A stretch of DNA of 56,508 bases, from NCBI GenBank assembly GCA_017307205.1, contig JAFKGN010000166.1, positions 1 to 56,508 of the forward strand, given 5' to 3'. The notes beneath the pieces are model-generated. The model had not been told where the DNA came from. It did no database searches and saw nothing but the letters and a program-made list of their open reading frames with translations. Made by a program: the position numbers and the translations under genes. This document shows positions 36,690-46,112 of the stretch, in pieces (position 1 is the first letter of the stretch; each line of letters begins with the position of its first letter). The DNA is from Caulobacterales bacterium (lineage in GTDB: Bacteria; Pseudomonadota; Alphaproteobacteria; Caulobacterales; Caulobacteraceae).

Positions 36690-39600
36690 ATGACCGCGCC
36701 GATCTTCCACGATCCTTCAGGCAAGCGCGCCCAGCGCACCAACCTCGTCTCGGGGTTGCTGTTGTCGTTCGCGGTTCTGATCGTCGCCGGCTTCTTCGCC
36801 ACCCTGGCCTTCGCGCCCCGCCTGCCGAACCTGGCGCTGCGCGATCCCCAGACCCTGCGCGGCCTGCATGTGGAGACCAGCCATAAGGGACGGCACGCCC
36901 ATCACAGGCTGACCCGCGTCGCCGCGCCGCGCGGCGGGGCGCAGACCGGACGGCCGATCTCAGTCGGCTTCTACGTGCCGTGGGACGAGACCTCCCGCGC
37001 CTCGCTGCACGACAATATCGCCAACCTCGACGTGGTCTCGCCGCAGTGGATCGCCCTGAAGGGCTCGGCCGGCGACGTGCAGGTGACGGCCGATCCGCAG
37101 GGCGCGGCCCTGATCGCCAACGCCAAACGGCCGCCGTCGGTGATCCCGTTGGTGCACAACGCCCATGACGGCCTGTCGGACGGGCCGCTGGCTGACGCCC
37201 TGTTGGTCAACCCGGCCGCCCGCGCGGCCCTCATCGCCCGGCTGAAGACCCAGGCGCAGTCGCGCGGCTACGCCGGCTATCTGTTCGACTTCGAGAACCT
37301 GTCCGAGCGCGGGCTCGCCCAGTACCCCGCCCTGCTTAGCGAGGCGCGCGCCGCCTTCAAGCCGCTGGGCCTGGAGGTGTGGGTGGCCACCCCCGTCGGC
37401 GACGACGCCTGGCCGCTGAAGGCTCTGCAGGCGGCCTCCGACACCGTGGTGCTGATGGCCTATGACCAGCACTACTCCACCGGCGCGCCCGGCCCGGTGG
37501 CCGGCCAGCCGTGGTTCGAGACCACCCTGGCGCAGGAGATGGTCAAGCTGGATCCGGCGCGGACCGTGGTCGCCCTGGCCGCCTATGGCTACGACTGGAC
37601 GCTGCCGGACAAGGATCACCCGCGCCAGGCGCCGGCCGAGACCAGCCTGTTCTATGAGGCCGTGCAGTCGGCGCATGACGCCGGCGCCGACGTCCGCATG
37701 GACGACGACGCCCTCAACCCCACCTTCGGCTACCAGGACGACGCGGGGCGTCGGCACACCGTGTGGTTCCTCGACGCCGCTACCGTGCACAACGAGATCA
37801 AGACCGCCGACGACTACCGCCCGCGCGGCTACGCCCTGTGGCGGATGGGGGCCGAGGACCCGGCCGTGTGGCGCTTCTTCCGCCAGCCCTACGGCGCGGC
37901 AAGCACGGCGGGCCTGGAAGCCATCGCCCCCAGCACCGGCGTCGACTTCAACGGCACGGGCGAGGTGCTGCACGTCGCCGCCCGGCCGACCGGCGGCGCC
38001 CGCACCATCGAGATCGACCCCGACGACGGCCTGATCTCCGGCGAGACCTACACCACCCTGCCGACCTCCTATGTGATTGACCGCTACGGCGCCCATCCGG
38101 GCAAGGTGGCCCTGACCTTCGACGACGGCCCCGACCCGCGCTGGACGGCCAAGATCCTCGACATCCTGAAGGCCAAGCACGCCCACGCGACCTTCTTCGT
38201 CATCGGCCAGAATATGCAGGCCGAGCCAGGCCTGGTGGCCCGCGAGGTGCGCGAGGGCAATGTCGTCGGCAGCCACACCTGGACGCACCCGAACATCGGC
38301 GAAATCCCGGTGGCGGAGGTGGGACTGGAGCTGAACGCCACCCAGCGTCTGTTCGAGGTGATCACCGGCCGCTCGATGCGGCTGTTCCGCCCGCCCTATT
38401 TCGGCGACGCCGAGCCCTCGACCCCGGCCGAGATCGAGCCCCTGCTGGTCGCCCAGCGCCTGGGCTACATGGCCGTCGGCCTGAGAATCGATCCGGACGA
38501 CTGGAAGAAGCCGGACGCCAAGCTGATCGTGCAACGCACGCTCGACCGCCTGGACGATACCGGTCCCCACGCCGGCCAGGTGGTGCTGCTGCATGACTCC
38601 GGCGGCGACCGCAGCCGCACGGTGCAGGCCCTGCCCGTCCTGATCGACGCCCTGCGCGCCCACGGCTACGAGCTGGTCACCATCGACGAGCTGGCCGGCA
38701 TGACCCACGCCGAGGCCATGCCGCCGACCGACCGCACGGCCTGGGAGCTGACGCTGGACCGCATCGGGTTCGGCTTCTTCGAATGGCTGAACAAGGCCAT
38801 GGCCGCCCTGTTCATCACCGCCATCGCGCTGGGCCTCGCGCGCCTGCTGTTCCTGGCGGTGCTGTCGCTGTGGCAGCGGTTCGTGACCGCCCCGCGCCGC
38901 ACACCGGCGGAGATCGATCCCGAGACCGGGCCGCTGGTCAGCGTGCTGATCCCCTGTTTCAACGAGGAGCAGGTGATCGTCTCTTCGGTGCGCCGCATCC
39001 TCGCCTCGCGCTGGCGGCGGCTGGAGGTGCTGGTGCTCGACGACGGCTCGAGCGACGGCACGTCGCGGGTGGTGCGCGAAGCCTTCGCCGGCGAGCCGCG
39101 CGTGACGCTGCTGACCTTCGAGAACGGCGGCAAGGCCGAGGCCCTGAACCGCGGCATGCGCCAGGTGCACGGCGACATCATCGTGGCCCTGGACGCCGAC
39201 ACCCAGTTCGCGCCGGACACCATCGGCCTGCTGGCCCGCTGGTTCGTCGATCCGAAGGTGGGCGCCGTGGCCGGCAACGCCATTGTCGGCAACCGGGTGA
39301 ACATCGTCACCCGCTGGCAGGCGCTGGAGTACGTCACCGCCCAGAACCTGGAGCGGCGGGCGCTGGCCGCGCTCGGCGCGGTGACTGTGGTGCCCGGCGC
39401 GGTCGGGGCCTGGCGGCGCGCGGCGCTGGAGGCCCTCGGCGGCTATCCAGCCGACACCCTGGCCGAAGACCAAGACCTGACGCTCGCCTGTCAGGCCGCA
39501 GGCTGGACCGTGGAGTTCGACCCGGCCGCCCGCGCCTATACCGAGGCGCCCGACACCATCGCCGGCCTTCTGAAGCAGCGCTTCCGCTGGTCGTTCGGCA

Positions 39601-40052
39601 CCCTGCAGTGCCTGTGGAAGCACCGCGCCTGCCTGTTCAGCCGCAAACACCCCGTGCTCGGCTTCGTGGCCCTGCCACAAATCTGGCTGTTCCAGATTTT
39701 CCTGACCGTCGCCGCGCCGCTGGTCGACCTCGCCATCGTCTCGAGCCTCGCCTGGTCGATCTACGCCTGGGGCTACCACCCCACCGAATGGTCGCCGGAC
39801 GACCTGTTCCGGGGAATTTTTTATTGGGCGGCCTTCATCTGCCTGGACCTTTCGGCCGGCGCCCTGGGCATGGCCATGGAGCGGCGCGCGCCGTGGAAGG
39901 ACCTCGTCTGGCTGCCGGTGCAGCGGTTCGGCTACCGCCAGTTGATGTACTACGTGGTGGTCAAATCGGTGGTCACGGCGATCAAGGGCCGCCGGGTGGG
40001 CTGGGGCAAGCTGGAGCGCAAGGCCAGCGTGGCGCTGGACGCCGCCGCCTGA
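36690..40052 (+). CDS. Fused GH18-like hydrolase / CE4 polysaccharide deacetylase / GT2 glycosyltransferase
   Basis: GH18-like FDFE, LMAYDQH and AYGYDW; NodB motifs TFDDGP, HTWTH, RPPY, DDW and LLHD; GT2 motifs DDGS, DAD, ED and QRFRW with flanking TM helices. Confidence 0.88.
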   Translation: MTAPIFHDPSGKRAQRTNLVSGLLLSFAVLIVAGFFATLAFAPRLPNLALRDPQTLRGLHVETSHKGRHAHHRLTRVAAPRGGAQTGRPISVGFYVPWDETSRASLHDNIANLDVVSPQWIALKGSAGDVQVTADPQGAALIANAKRPPSVIPLVHNAHDGLSDGPLADALLVNPAARAALIARLKTQAQSRGYAGYLFDFENLSERGLAQYPALLSEARAAFKPLGLEVWVATPVGDDAWPLKALQAASDTVVLMAYDQHYSTGAPGPVAGQPWFETTLAQEMVKLDPARTVVALAAYGYDWTLPDKDHPRQAPAETSLFYEAVQSAHDAGADVRMDDDALNPTFGYQDDAGRRHTVWFLDAATVHNEIKTADDYRPRGYALWRMGAEDPAVWRFFRQPYGAASTAGLEAIAPSTGVDFNGTGEVLHVAARPTGGARTIEIDPDDGLISGETYTTLPTSYVIDRYGAHPGKVALTFDDGPDPRWTAKILDILKAKHAHATFFVIGQNMQAEPGLVAREVREGNVVGSHTWTHPNIGEIPVAEVGLELNATQRLFEVITGRSMRLFRPPYFGDAEPSTPAEIEPLLVAQRLGYMAVGLRIDPDDWKKPDAKLIVQRTLDRLDDTGPHAGQVVLLHDSGGDRSRTVQALPVLIDALRAHGYELVTIDELAGMTHAEAMPPTDRTAWELTLDRIGFGFFEWLNKAMAALFITAIALGLARLLFLAVLSLWQRFVTAPRRTPAEIDPETGPLVSVLIPCFNEEQVIVSSVRRILASRWRRLEVLVLDDGSSDGTSRVVREAFAGEPRVTLLTFENGGKAEALNRGMRQVHGDIIVALDADTQFAPDTIGLLARWFVDPKVGAVAGNAIVGNRVNIVTRWQALEYVTAQNLERRALAALGAVTVVPGAVGAWRRAALEALGGYPADTLAEDQDLTLACQAAGWTVEFDPAARAYTEAPDTIAGLLKQRFRWSFGTLQCLWKHRACLFSRKHPVLGFVALPQIWLFQIFLTVAAPLVDLAIVSSLAWSIYAWGYHPTEWSPDDLFRGIFYWAAFICLDLSAGALGMAMERRAPWKDLVWLPVQRFGYRQLMYYVVVKSVVTAIKGRRVGWGKLERKASVALDAAA

Positions 40053-40114
40053 AACTTGTCGGTCACGGTCTAGGTCTTACCTAGAGGCGACGCCGCGTCG
40101 CCTTGGAGTTCCGC

Positions 40115-40702
40115 ATGGCCGCCCTGCCCGATCCCGCCCTCGACCAGCTGTTCCGCTCGGCGCGCACCTACAACAGCTGGGACCCGGCGCCGCTGCCTGA
40201 AAGCCTGCTGCGCGAGATCTACGAGCTGGCCAAGTGGGGCCCGACCGCCGCCAATTCGACGCCGGCCCGCTTCGTGTTCGTGACCAGCGAGGAGGGCCGC
40301 GCCAGGCTCGCCGCCTGCGCCCACGGCTACAACCGAGACAAGATCCTGCAGGCTCCGTGCACTGTGGTGGTCGGTTATGACCTAGACTTCCCCGAGCACC
40401 TGCCCCGCCTCTTCCCGCACAATCCGTCGGTGAAGGACGACTTCCCCGACCCCGACCACCGCCGCACCGTGGCCCTGCGCAACGGCTCGCTGCAGGGCGG
40501 CTATTTCATCATGGCGGCCCGCTCGCTGGGCCTCGACTGCGGGCCGATGGGCGGCTTTGAGCACGACGAAGTGGACGCAGCCTTCTTCGCCGGGACCAAC
40601 ATCAAGTCGAACTTCATCTGCTCGATCGGCTACGGCGGCCAGTTCAAGCTGCGCGCCCGCGGCCCCCGCCTCGATTTCGAAGAGGCCTGTAAGATCGTCT
40701 GA
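40115..40702 (+). CDS. RutE-like nitroreductase (malonic semialdehyde reductase family)
   Basis: LF..ARTYN, GPT.AN..PARFVFV, RNGSLQGGY and GLDCGPMGGF. Confidence 0.9.
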   Translation: MAALPDPALDQLFRSARTYNSWDPAPLPESLLREIYELAKWGPTAANSTPARFVFVTSEEGRARLAACAHGYNRDKILQAPCTVVVGYDLDFPEHLPRLFPHNPSVKDDFPDPDHRRTVALRNGSLQGGYFIMAARSLGLDCGPMGGFEHDEVDAAFFAGTNIKSNFICSIGYGGQFKLRARGPRLDFEEACKIV

Positions 40703-40722
40703 TCTGCGCTAGGGACGAGCCG

Positions 40723-41328
40723 ATGATCGTGCTCGCCGTCGACACCTGTTTCGCCGCCTGCCAGGTCGCCGTGCTGAACGGCGACACCGTGACCGTGCGC
40801 AGCGAGGCGATGGAGCGCGGCCATCAGGAGCGGTTGGCCGGGATGGTCGCCGAAGTCCTGGCCGAGGCGGGCGTCAAGTTTGCGGACCTTTCGCGCATCG
40901 GCGTGACCGTCGGCCCCGGCTCGTTCACCGGCCTGAGAGTGGGCTTGGCCTTCGCCAAGGGCATGGGCCTGGCGCTGGGCGTCCCCCTCGTCGGCGTAGG
41001 CGCGCTGGAAGCCCTGGCCGCCGGCCGAAACGGCCGCGTCGCCGCCGTGCTCGACGCGCGGCGGGAGCAGGTTCATCTGCAGGTCTTCGAAGACGGCGCG
41101 TCCCTGGCCGCGCCGGAAGCCGTCGACATTCCGGTCGCGCTCGAACGCCTCGCCGCCCTCCCGGCCGGCGTGCTGGTCGGCCCCGGCGCCGATCTGGTCG
41201 CGGCTTCGGGCTGGACGCTTGATGTGGCGCCATGGCCGGACATCGCCGCCGTCGCCGCCCTGGCCGCCCGGCTCGATCCGGCGGAAGCGCCGCCGACGCC
41301 GCTCTATCTGCGGGGGGCCTACGCCTGA
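40723..41328 (+). CDS. tsaB: tRNA threonylcarbamoyladenosine biosynthesis protein TsaB
   Basis: LAVDT, GHQERL, GPGSFTGLRVG, DARR and PLYLR. Confidence 0.93.
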   Translation: MIVLAVDTCFAACQVAVLNGDTVTVRSEAMERGHQERLAGMVAEVLAEAGVKFADLSRIGVTVGPGSFTGLRVGLAFAKGMGLALGVPLVGVGALEALAAGRNGRVAAVLDARREQVHLQVFEDGASLAAPEAVDIPVALERLAALPAGVLVGPGADLVAASGWTLDVAPWPDIAAVAALAARLDPAEAPPTPLYLRGAYA

Positions 41329-41792
41329 GCGATCTGACCGCCCTCTCGACCGCCGACGCCGAGGCCCTGGCGCGCGCCCATGCGCTGAGCTTCGACCGGC
41401 CCTGGTCGGCCGAGGAGTTCAGCGATTTGCTTTCCTCGCCCGGCGTCTTCGGGTTCAGCGGCCCGAACGGCTTCATCCTTTGCCGCGCGGCGGCCGGTGA
41501 GGCGGAGATTCTGACCCTGGCGGTGGACCCTGACGCCCGCCGCGCCGGCCTCGGCCGCGCCCTGGTCGAGCTCGCGATGAACGTCGCCGCCCTGGCCGGA
41601 GCGGAGAGCATGTTTCTGGAGGTGGCGGAGGACAATGCGCCCGCCCAGGCGCTCTACACCGCCGCCGGCTTCGGCCTAGCGGGCCGCCGTCCGCGCTATT
41701 ATCGCCGCGCGGACCGCGAAATCGACGCCCTGGTGATGCGCCGCGACCTTAACAGCAGCGATGTCGCACCCTATGCTGGTCCGACCGCGTAA
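41325..41792 (+). CDS. rimI: RimI-like GNAT acetyltransferase
   Basis: EAEILTLAV.P..RR.GLG, FLEVAEDN..A..LY...GF...GRR..YY. The most plausible start is CTG overlapping the tsaB stop. Confidence 0.85.
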   Translation: MSDLTALSTADAEALARAHALSFDRPWSAEEFSDLLSSPGVFGFSGPNGFILCRAAAGEAEILTLAVDPDARRAGLGRALVELAMNVAALAGAESMFLEVAEDNAPAQALYTAAGFGLAGRRPRYYRRADREIDALVMRRDLNSSDVAPYAGPTA

Positions 41793-41804
41793 GGGAGATC
41801 GCCT

Positions 41805-42212
41805 TTGGACCGCCTCGAAAAGCTCTGCGTCGAAAAGGGCATGCGGATGACCGATCAGCGCCGGGTGATCGCCCGCGTGCTGTCTCAGGCTACCGACCAT
41901 CCGGATGTCGAGGAGCTGCACCGCCGCGCCCACGCCATCGATCCGCACATCTCGATCGCCACCGTCTACCGCACCGTGCGCCTGTTCGAGGAGAGCGGCA
42001 TCATCGAGCGGCATGACTTCCGCGACGGCCGCTCGCGCTATGAAGAAGCGCCCGATCACCACCACGACCACCTGATCGACATGAAGACCGGCAAGGTCGT
42101 CGAGTTCATGGACGAAGAGATCGAGCGCCTGCAGCAGGCCATCGCCGAGCGTCTGGGCTACAAGCTGGTCGATCACCGGCTCGAGCTCTACGGCATGCCG
42201 ATCGAGGACTAG
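41805..42212 (+). CDS. fur: Ferric uptake regulator
   Basis: GMRMTDQR, HPDVEE, ISIATVYRT and HHHDHLID. Confidence 0.93.
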   Translation: MDRLEKLCVEKGMRMTDQRRVIARVLSQATDHPDVEELHRRAHAIDPHISIATVYRTVRLFEESGIIERHDFRDGRSRYEEAPDHHHDHLIDMKTGKVVEFMDEEIERLQQAIAERLGYKLVDHRLELYGMPIED

Positions 42213-42215
42213 GTC

Positions 42216-42416
42216 TTGGCCCCTGCGGTCAGGAAGTGGGCGCCCATCGGTCTCGCGGCCGTGGTGCTTGTCCTTGGGGTGCTCGTCGGCTTCGTGCTCT
42301 TGAAGCCGAAGCCGCTGCCCGCCCCGCCGCCTCCGCCGCCGAAATGGGAGTGCGGCACGGCCTACGGACAGGAAGTCTGCGAGCGCAAACTGCCGCCTGC
42401 GCGGCCCGCCTCCTGA
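42216..42416 (+). CDS. Small hypothetical membrane-anchored protein (66 aa)
   Basis: Fills the fur-miaB gap; one TM helix, a poly-Pro linker and a Cys pair. Confidence 0.5.
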   Translation: MAPAVRKWAPIGLAAVVLVLGVLVGFVLLKPKPLPAPPPPPPKWECGTAYGQEVCERKLPPARPAS

Positions 42417-42461
42417 GCGGCCAAGCTTGCGGACGCGCGTCCTCGACCCCATAACCCCGCG

Positions 42462-43814
42462 ATGACCGAGACGGGCTCCAGCACCGAAAAGAAGCGGCTG
42501 TTCATCAAGAGCTACGGCTGCCAGATGAACGTCTACGACAGCGAGCGCATGGCCGATGTGCTGGCGCCGCTGGGCTATGAGCCGGTCGACGCGCCCGAGG
42601 GCGCTGATCTGGTGGTGCTGAACACCTGCCACATCCGCGAGAAGGCAACCGAGAAAGTCTATTCCGAGCTCGGCTTCATCAAACAGATGAAGGCCGATCG
42701 CAAAGCCGATGGCGGGGCCATGCAGGTGGTGGTCGCCGGCTGCGTGGCCCAGGCCGAGGGCGAGGAGATCATGCGCCGTCAGCCGGCCGTGGACCTGGTG
42801 GTCGGGCCGCAGAGCTATCACCAGCTGCCGGAGCTGATCGCCCGCGCCAGCCGCGCGCGCGGCGAGCGCCTGGCCACCGACTTCGCGCCGGAAGCCAAGT
42901 TCGACGCCCTGGCCAAGACTCGCACGGCCGGCGGCGTGACCGCCTTCCTCACCGTGCAGGAAGGCTGCGACAAGTTCTGCAGCTTCTGCGTGGTGCCCTA
43001 TACGCGCGGCCCCGAGTGGTCGCGGCCGGTGGACGCCATCCTCGCCGAGGCTCGCAGCCTGGCCGAGCGCGGCGTGCGCGAGGTCACCCTGCTGGGTCAG
43101 AACGTCAACGCCTACGCCGGTGAGGGCGGCCTCGCCAGCCTGGCGCGCCAGCTGGCGAAGATCGATGGCCTGGATCGCATCCGCTACACGACCAGCCACC
43201 CCAACGACATGGACGACGCCCTGATCGCCGCCCATGCCGAGGTCGAGGAACTGATGCCCTATCTGCACCTGCCGGTGCAGGCGGGGTCTGACCGCATCCT
43301 CAAGGCGATGAACCGCAGCCATACGGCCGACAGCTATCTGAAGGTGATCGAGAAAATCCGCGCCGCGCGGCCGGACATGGCGATCAGCGGCGACTTCATC
43401 GTCGGCTTCCCCGGCGAGCGCGAGGCCGACTTCCAGGCGACGCTCGACCTCGTGGAGGCCGTGGGCCACGCGGCCGCCTTCTCTTTCAAATATTCCCGCC
43501 GCCCCGGCACTCCGGCCGCCGCCATGCAGGGCCAGATCGCCGAGGACGTGAAGGTCGAGCGCCTGGCGCGGCTGAACGCCCTGCTCGACAGCCAGCAGGC
43601 CGCCTTCAACCAGGCCCAGGTCGGGCGCACGCTCGGCGTGCTGTTCGAACGCCCGGGCCGTCGTCCGGGCCAGGTGGTGGGCCGCAGCCCCTTTCTGCAG
43701 CCGGTGCACATCGAGGGCGGGGCTGAGCTGATCGGCCAGATCCTGCCCGTCCACATCGTGTCCGCCACCAAGGGCAGCCTGACCGGCGCCCTGCTTTCCC
43801 AGGTCGCCGCTTGA
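42462..43814 (+). CDS. miaB: tRNA methylthiotransferase MiaB
   Basis: [19 protein letters not shown], radical [11 protein letters not shown] and a TRAM domain. Confidence 0.97.
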   Translation: MTETGSSTEKKRLFIKSYGCQMNVYDSERMADVLAPLGYEPVDAPEGADLVVLNTCHIREKATEKVYSELGFIKQMKADRKADGGAMQVVVAGCVAQAEGEEIMRRQPAVDLVVGPQSYHQLPELIARASRARGERLATDFAPEAKFDALAKTRTAGGVTAFLTVQEGCDKFCSFCVVPYTRGPEWSRPVDAILAEARSLAERGVREVTLLGQNVNAYAGEGGLASLARQLAKIDGLDRIRYTTSHPNDMDDALIAAHAEVEELMPYLHLPVQAGSDRILKAMNRSHTADSYLKVIEKIRAARPDMAISGDFIVGFPGEREADFQATLDLVEAVGHAAAFSFKYSRRPGTPAAAMQGQIAEDVKVERLARLNALLDSQQAAFNQAQVGRTLGVLFERPGRRPGQVVGRSPFLQPVHIEGGAELIGQILPVHIVSATKGSLTGALLSQVAA

Positions 43815-44764
43815 GCGCGAAGCCTTCCGATTTCCTGCCGCTGTCCGACGCCGCGGCGCGCGCCATCGCCGGTGATCGCGGCCGCCATGCCGCCCTGATC
43901 GAGGACGCCTTCCGCGTGCTGATCGAAACGCCGGGCGGCGGGGTGTCCATCGGCGGTGATCCCAAGGACCGCCAGGTGGCCCGGCGAGCCGTCACCCTGC
44001 TGGCCGAACGCGCCGACGCCGGCGACGACGTCAGCGAGGCGGACGTGCGCGTGGCGATCAACGAGGCGCGCAGCGGCGGACCGGGCGTGCAGAACGCAGC
44101 GCGCGGCGCCAGTCGTCGCGGCCCCGTCGGCCCGAAGACGGCCGCCCAAGCTCGCTATCTGGAAGCCCTGGGCTCGCACGAGCTGGTGTTCGGGCTCGGC
44201 CCGGCGGGCACAGGGAAGACTTTCCTGGCCGTCGCCCACGGCGCGGGCCTGCTGCTGCGCGGCGAGGTCGAACGGCTGGTGATCACGCGCCCGGCCGTCG
44301 AAGCGGGCGAACGCCTGGGCTTCCTGCCCGGCGACCTGACCGAGAAGGTCGACCCCTACATGGCCCCGGTGTGGGAAGCCCTGACCGACATCATCGGCCC
44401 CGAGCAGCTGCGCCGCCGCCGCGACAAGGGCGAGATCGAGGTCGCACCGATCGCCTTCATGCGCGGCCGCACCCTGAGCCGCGCCTTCGTCATCGTCGAC
44501 GAGGCGCAGAACACCTCGCGGCTGCAGATGAAGATGGTTCTGACCCGCCTGGGCGAGCGCGCCCGCATGGCGGTGACCGGCGATCCGAGCCAGGTCGACC
44601 TGATGAACTCGGCCGACAGCGGCCTGGCCCACGCCGTCTCCATCCTCGAGGGCGTGGAGGGCGTCGCGGTCGCCCGCTTCTCCAGCTCCGACGTGGTGCG
44701 CCACCCGCTGGTCGAGCGCATCGTGAAAGCCTACGACGCCGCCGCCAGCGGCGGGGTGCGATGA
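43811..44764 (+). CDS. phoH: PhoH family ATPase (YbeZ)
   Basis: [30 protein letters not shown] and DEAQN. Confidence 0.95.
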   Translation: MSAKPSDFLPLSDAAARAIAGDRGRHAALIEDAFRVLIETPGGGVSIGGDPKDRQVARRAVTLLAERADAGDDVSEADVRVAINEARSGGPGVQNAARGASRRGPVGPKTAAQARYLEALGSHELVFGLGPAGTGKTFLAVAHGAGLLLRGEVERLVITRPAVEAGERLGFLPGDLTEKVDPYMAPVWEALTDIIGPEQLRRRRDKGEIEVAPIAFMRGRTLSRAFVIVDEAQNTSRLQMKMVLTRLGERARMAVTGDPSQVDLMNSADSGLAHAVSILEGVEGVAVARFSSSDVVRHPLVERIVKAYDAAASGGVR

Positions 44765-45210
44765 ACACCATCGACATTGAGGTCGAGGACGCGGCCTGGA
44801 GCGCCGCCCTGCCCGACGCCGAGGCCCTGACCCGCGCCGCCGCCGAGGCCGCCTTCGCCGCCATCGAACCCATCGTCGGGTCGGTGGCGGTGCTGCTGAC
44901 CGGTGACGACGAGGTGGCCGAGCTCAATCAGCAGTTCCGCGACAAGCCCGGCCCGACCAACGTGCTGTCGTTCCCCGCCCCGGTCGGACCCGAGGATCAC
45001 CTCGGCGATATCGCCCTCGCCTACGGCGTGTGCGCCCGCGAGGCCGTCGATCAGGGCAAGACTCTCGCCGCTCACCTGCAGCACCTTGTGGCGCATGGGG
45101 TGCTGCATCTTGTAGGCTATGATCACCAGACCGAGGCCGAGGCCGAGGACATGGAGGCCCTGGAGCGCGACATCGTCGCGAGCCTCGGTCACCCCGACCC
45201 TTACGCATAA
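44761..45210 (+). CDS. ybeY: rRNA maturation endoribonuclease YbeY
   Basis: LN.QFRDK..PTNVLSFP, LGDI and HGVLHLVGYDH. Confidence 0.95.
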   Translation: MNTIDIEVEDAAWSAALPDAEALTRAAAEAAFAAIEPIVGSVAVLLTGDDEVAELNQQFRDKPGPTNVLSFPAPVGPEDHLGDIALAYGVCAREAVDQGKTLAAHLQHLVAHGVLHLVGYDHQTEAEAEDMEALERDIVASLGHPDPYA

Positions 45211-45215
45211 GGCCT

Positions 45216-46112
45216 ATGGCTGACCCCGACCCAAGCAGTTCCGCCGCCGCAGACCGCCCTTCGCGGGGTCTGCGCGCCTTCTTTCGACGACTGAAAAAGG
45301 CCAACCGCAACGGGTCTTCCGGTGCGAACGGCGCCGACAACCCACCGCCCGCGCCCGGCGAGGTCGACATGGTCGACCAGGCCCACGCCTTCCAGGCCCT
45401 GCGCGTGGCTGACGTGATGACGCCGCGCGCCGACATCACCGCCGTGGAGGTGAGCATCCCGTTCGATGAGCTGGTCGCCCAGTTCGTCGAGGCTGAGCAT
45501 TCGCGAATGCCGATCTATCGCGAGACGCTGGATGACCCGATCGGCGTCGTCCACGTGAAGGACGTCTTCAAGCTGCTGGCCGGCAAGACCCGGCGACCGG
45601 CCTCGGACGACGCGGTGCTGAAGCGTCTGCGGCGCCTGCGCCGGCCGGTGCTCTATGTGCCCGCCTCGATGCGCGGCGCCGACCTCCTGCTGCGCATGCG
45701 CACCAGCCGCACCCACATGGCCCTGGTGATCGACGAGTTCGGCGGGGTCGACGGTCTGGTGACCCTGGAGGACCTGGTCGAGGCCGTGGTCGGCGAGATC
45801 GACGACGAGCACGACGAGGCCCAGAGCAGCGGCGTGGTGGAGCGTCCCGGCGGCGTGTTCGAGGCCCACGCCCGCGCCCCGCTGGACGAACTGCAGGCCG
45901 CGCTCGGCGGCGTCGACCTGGCGCCCAGCGACCTTGAGGAAGAGATCGACACCGTCGGCGGCCTGGTGACCGCCGTAGCCGGCCGCGTGCCCCAGCGCGG
46001 CGAGGTGATCGCCCACCCCGCCGGCTTCGAGCTGGAGGTGACCGACGCCGACCCCCGCCGTGTGAAGCGTGTGCGGGTTCGGCGCACCGCCACCGAGACC
46101 ACACCCGCTTGA
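45216..46112 (+). CDS. corC: CBS/CorC-HlyC domain protein
   Basis: VMTPRADI, HSRMPIY, VIDEFGG.DGLVTLEDLVE..VGEIDDEHD and a CorC C-terminus. Confidence 0.9.
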   Translation: MADPDPSSSAAADRPSRGLRAFFRRLKKANRNGSSGANGADNPPPAPGEVDMVDQAHAFQALRVADVMTPRADITAVEVSIPFDELVAQFVEAEHSRMPIYRETLDDPIGVVHVKDVFKLLAGKTRRPASDDAVLKRLRRLRRPVLYVPASMRGADLLLRMRTSRTHMALVIDEFGGVDGLVTLEDLVEAVVGEIDDEHDEAQSSGVVERPGGVFEAHARAPLDELQAALGGVDLAPSDLEEEIDTVGGLVTAVAGRVPQRGEVIAHPAGFELEVTDADPRRVKRVRVRRTATETTPA

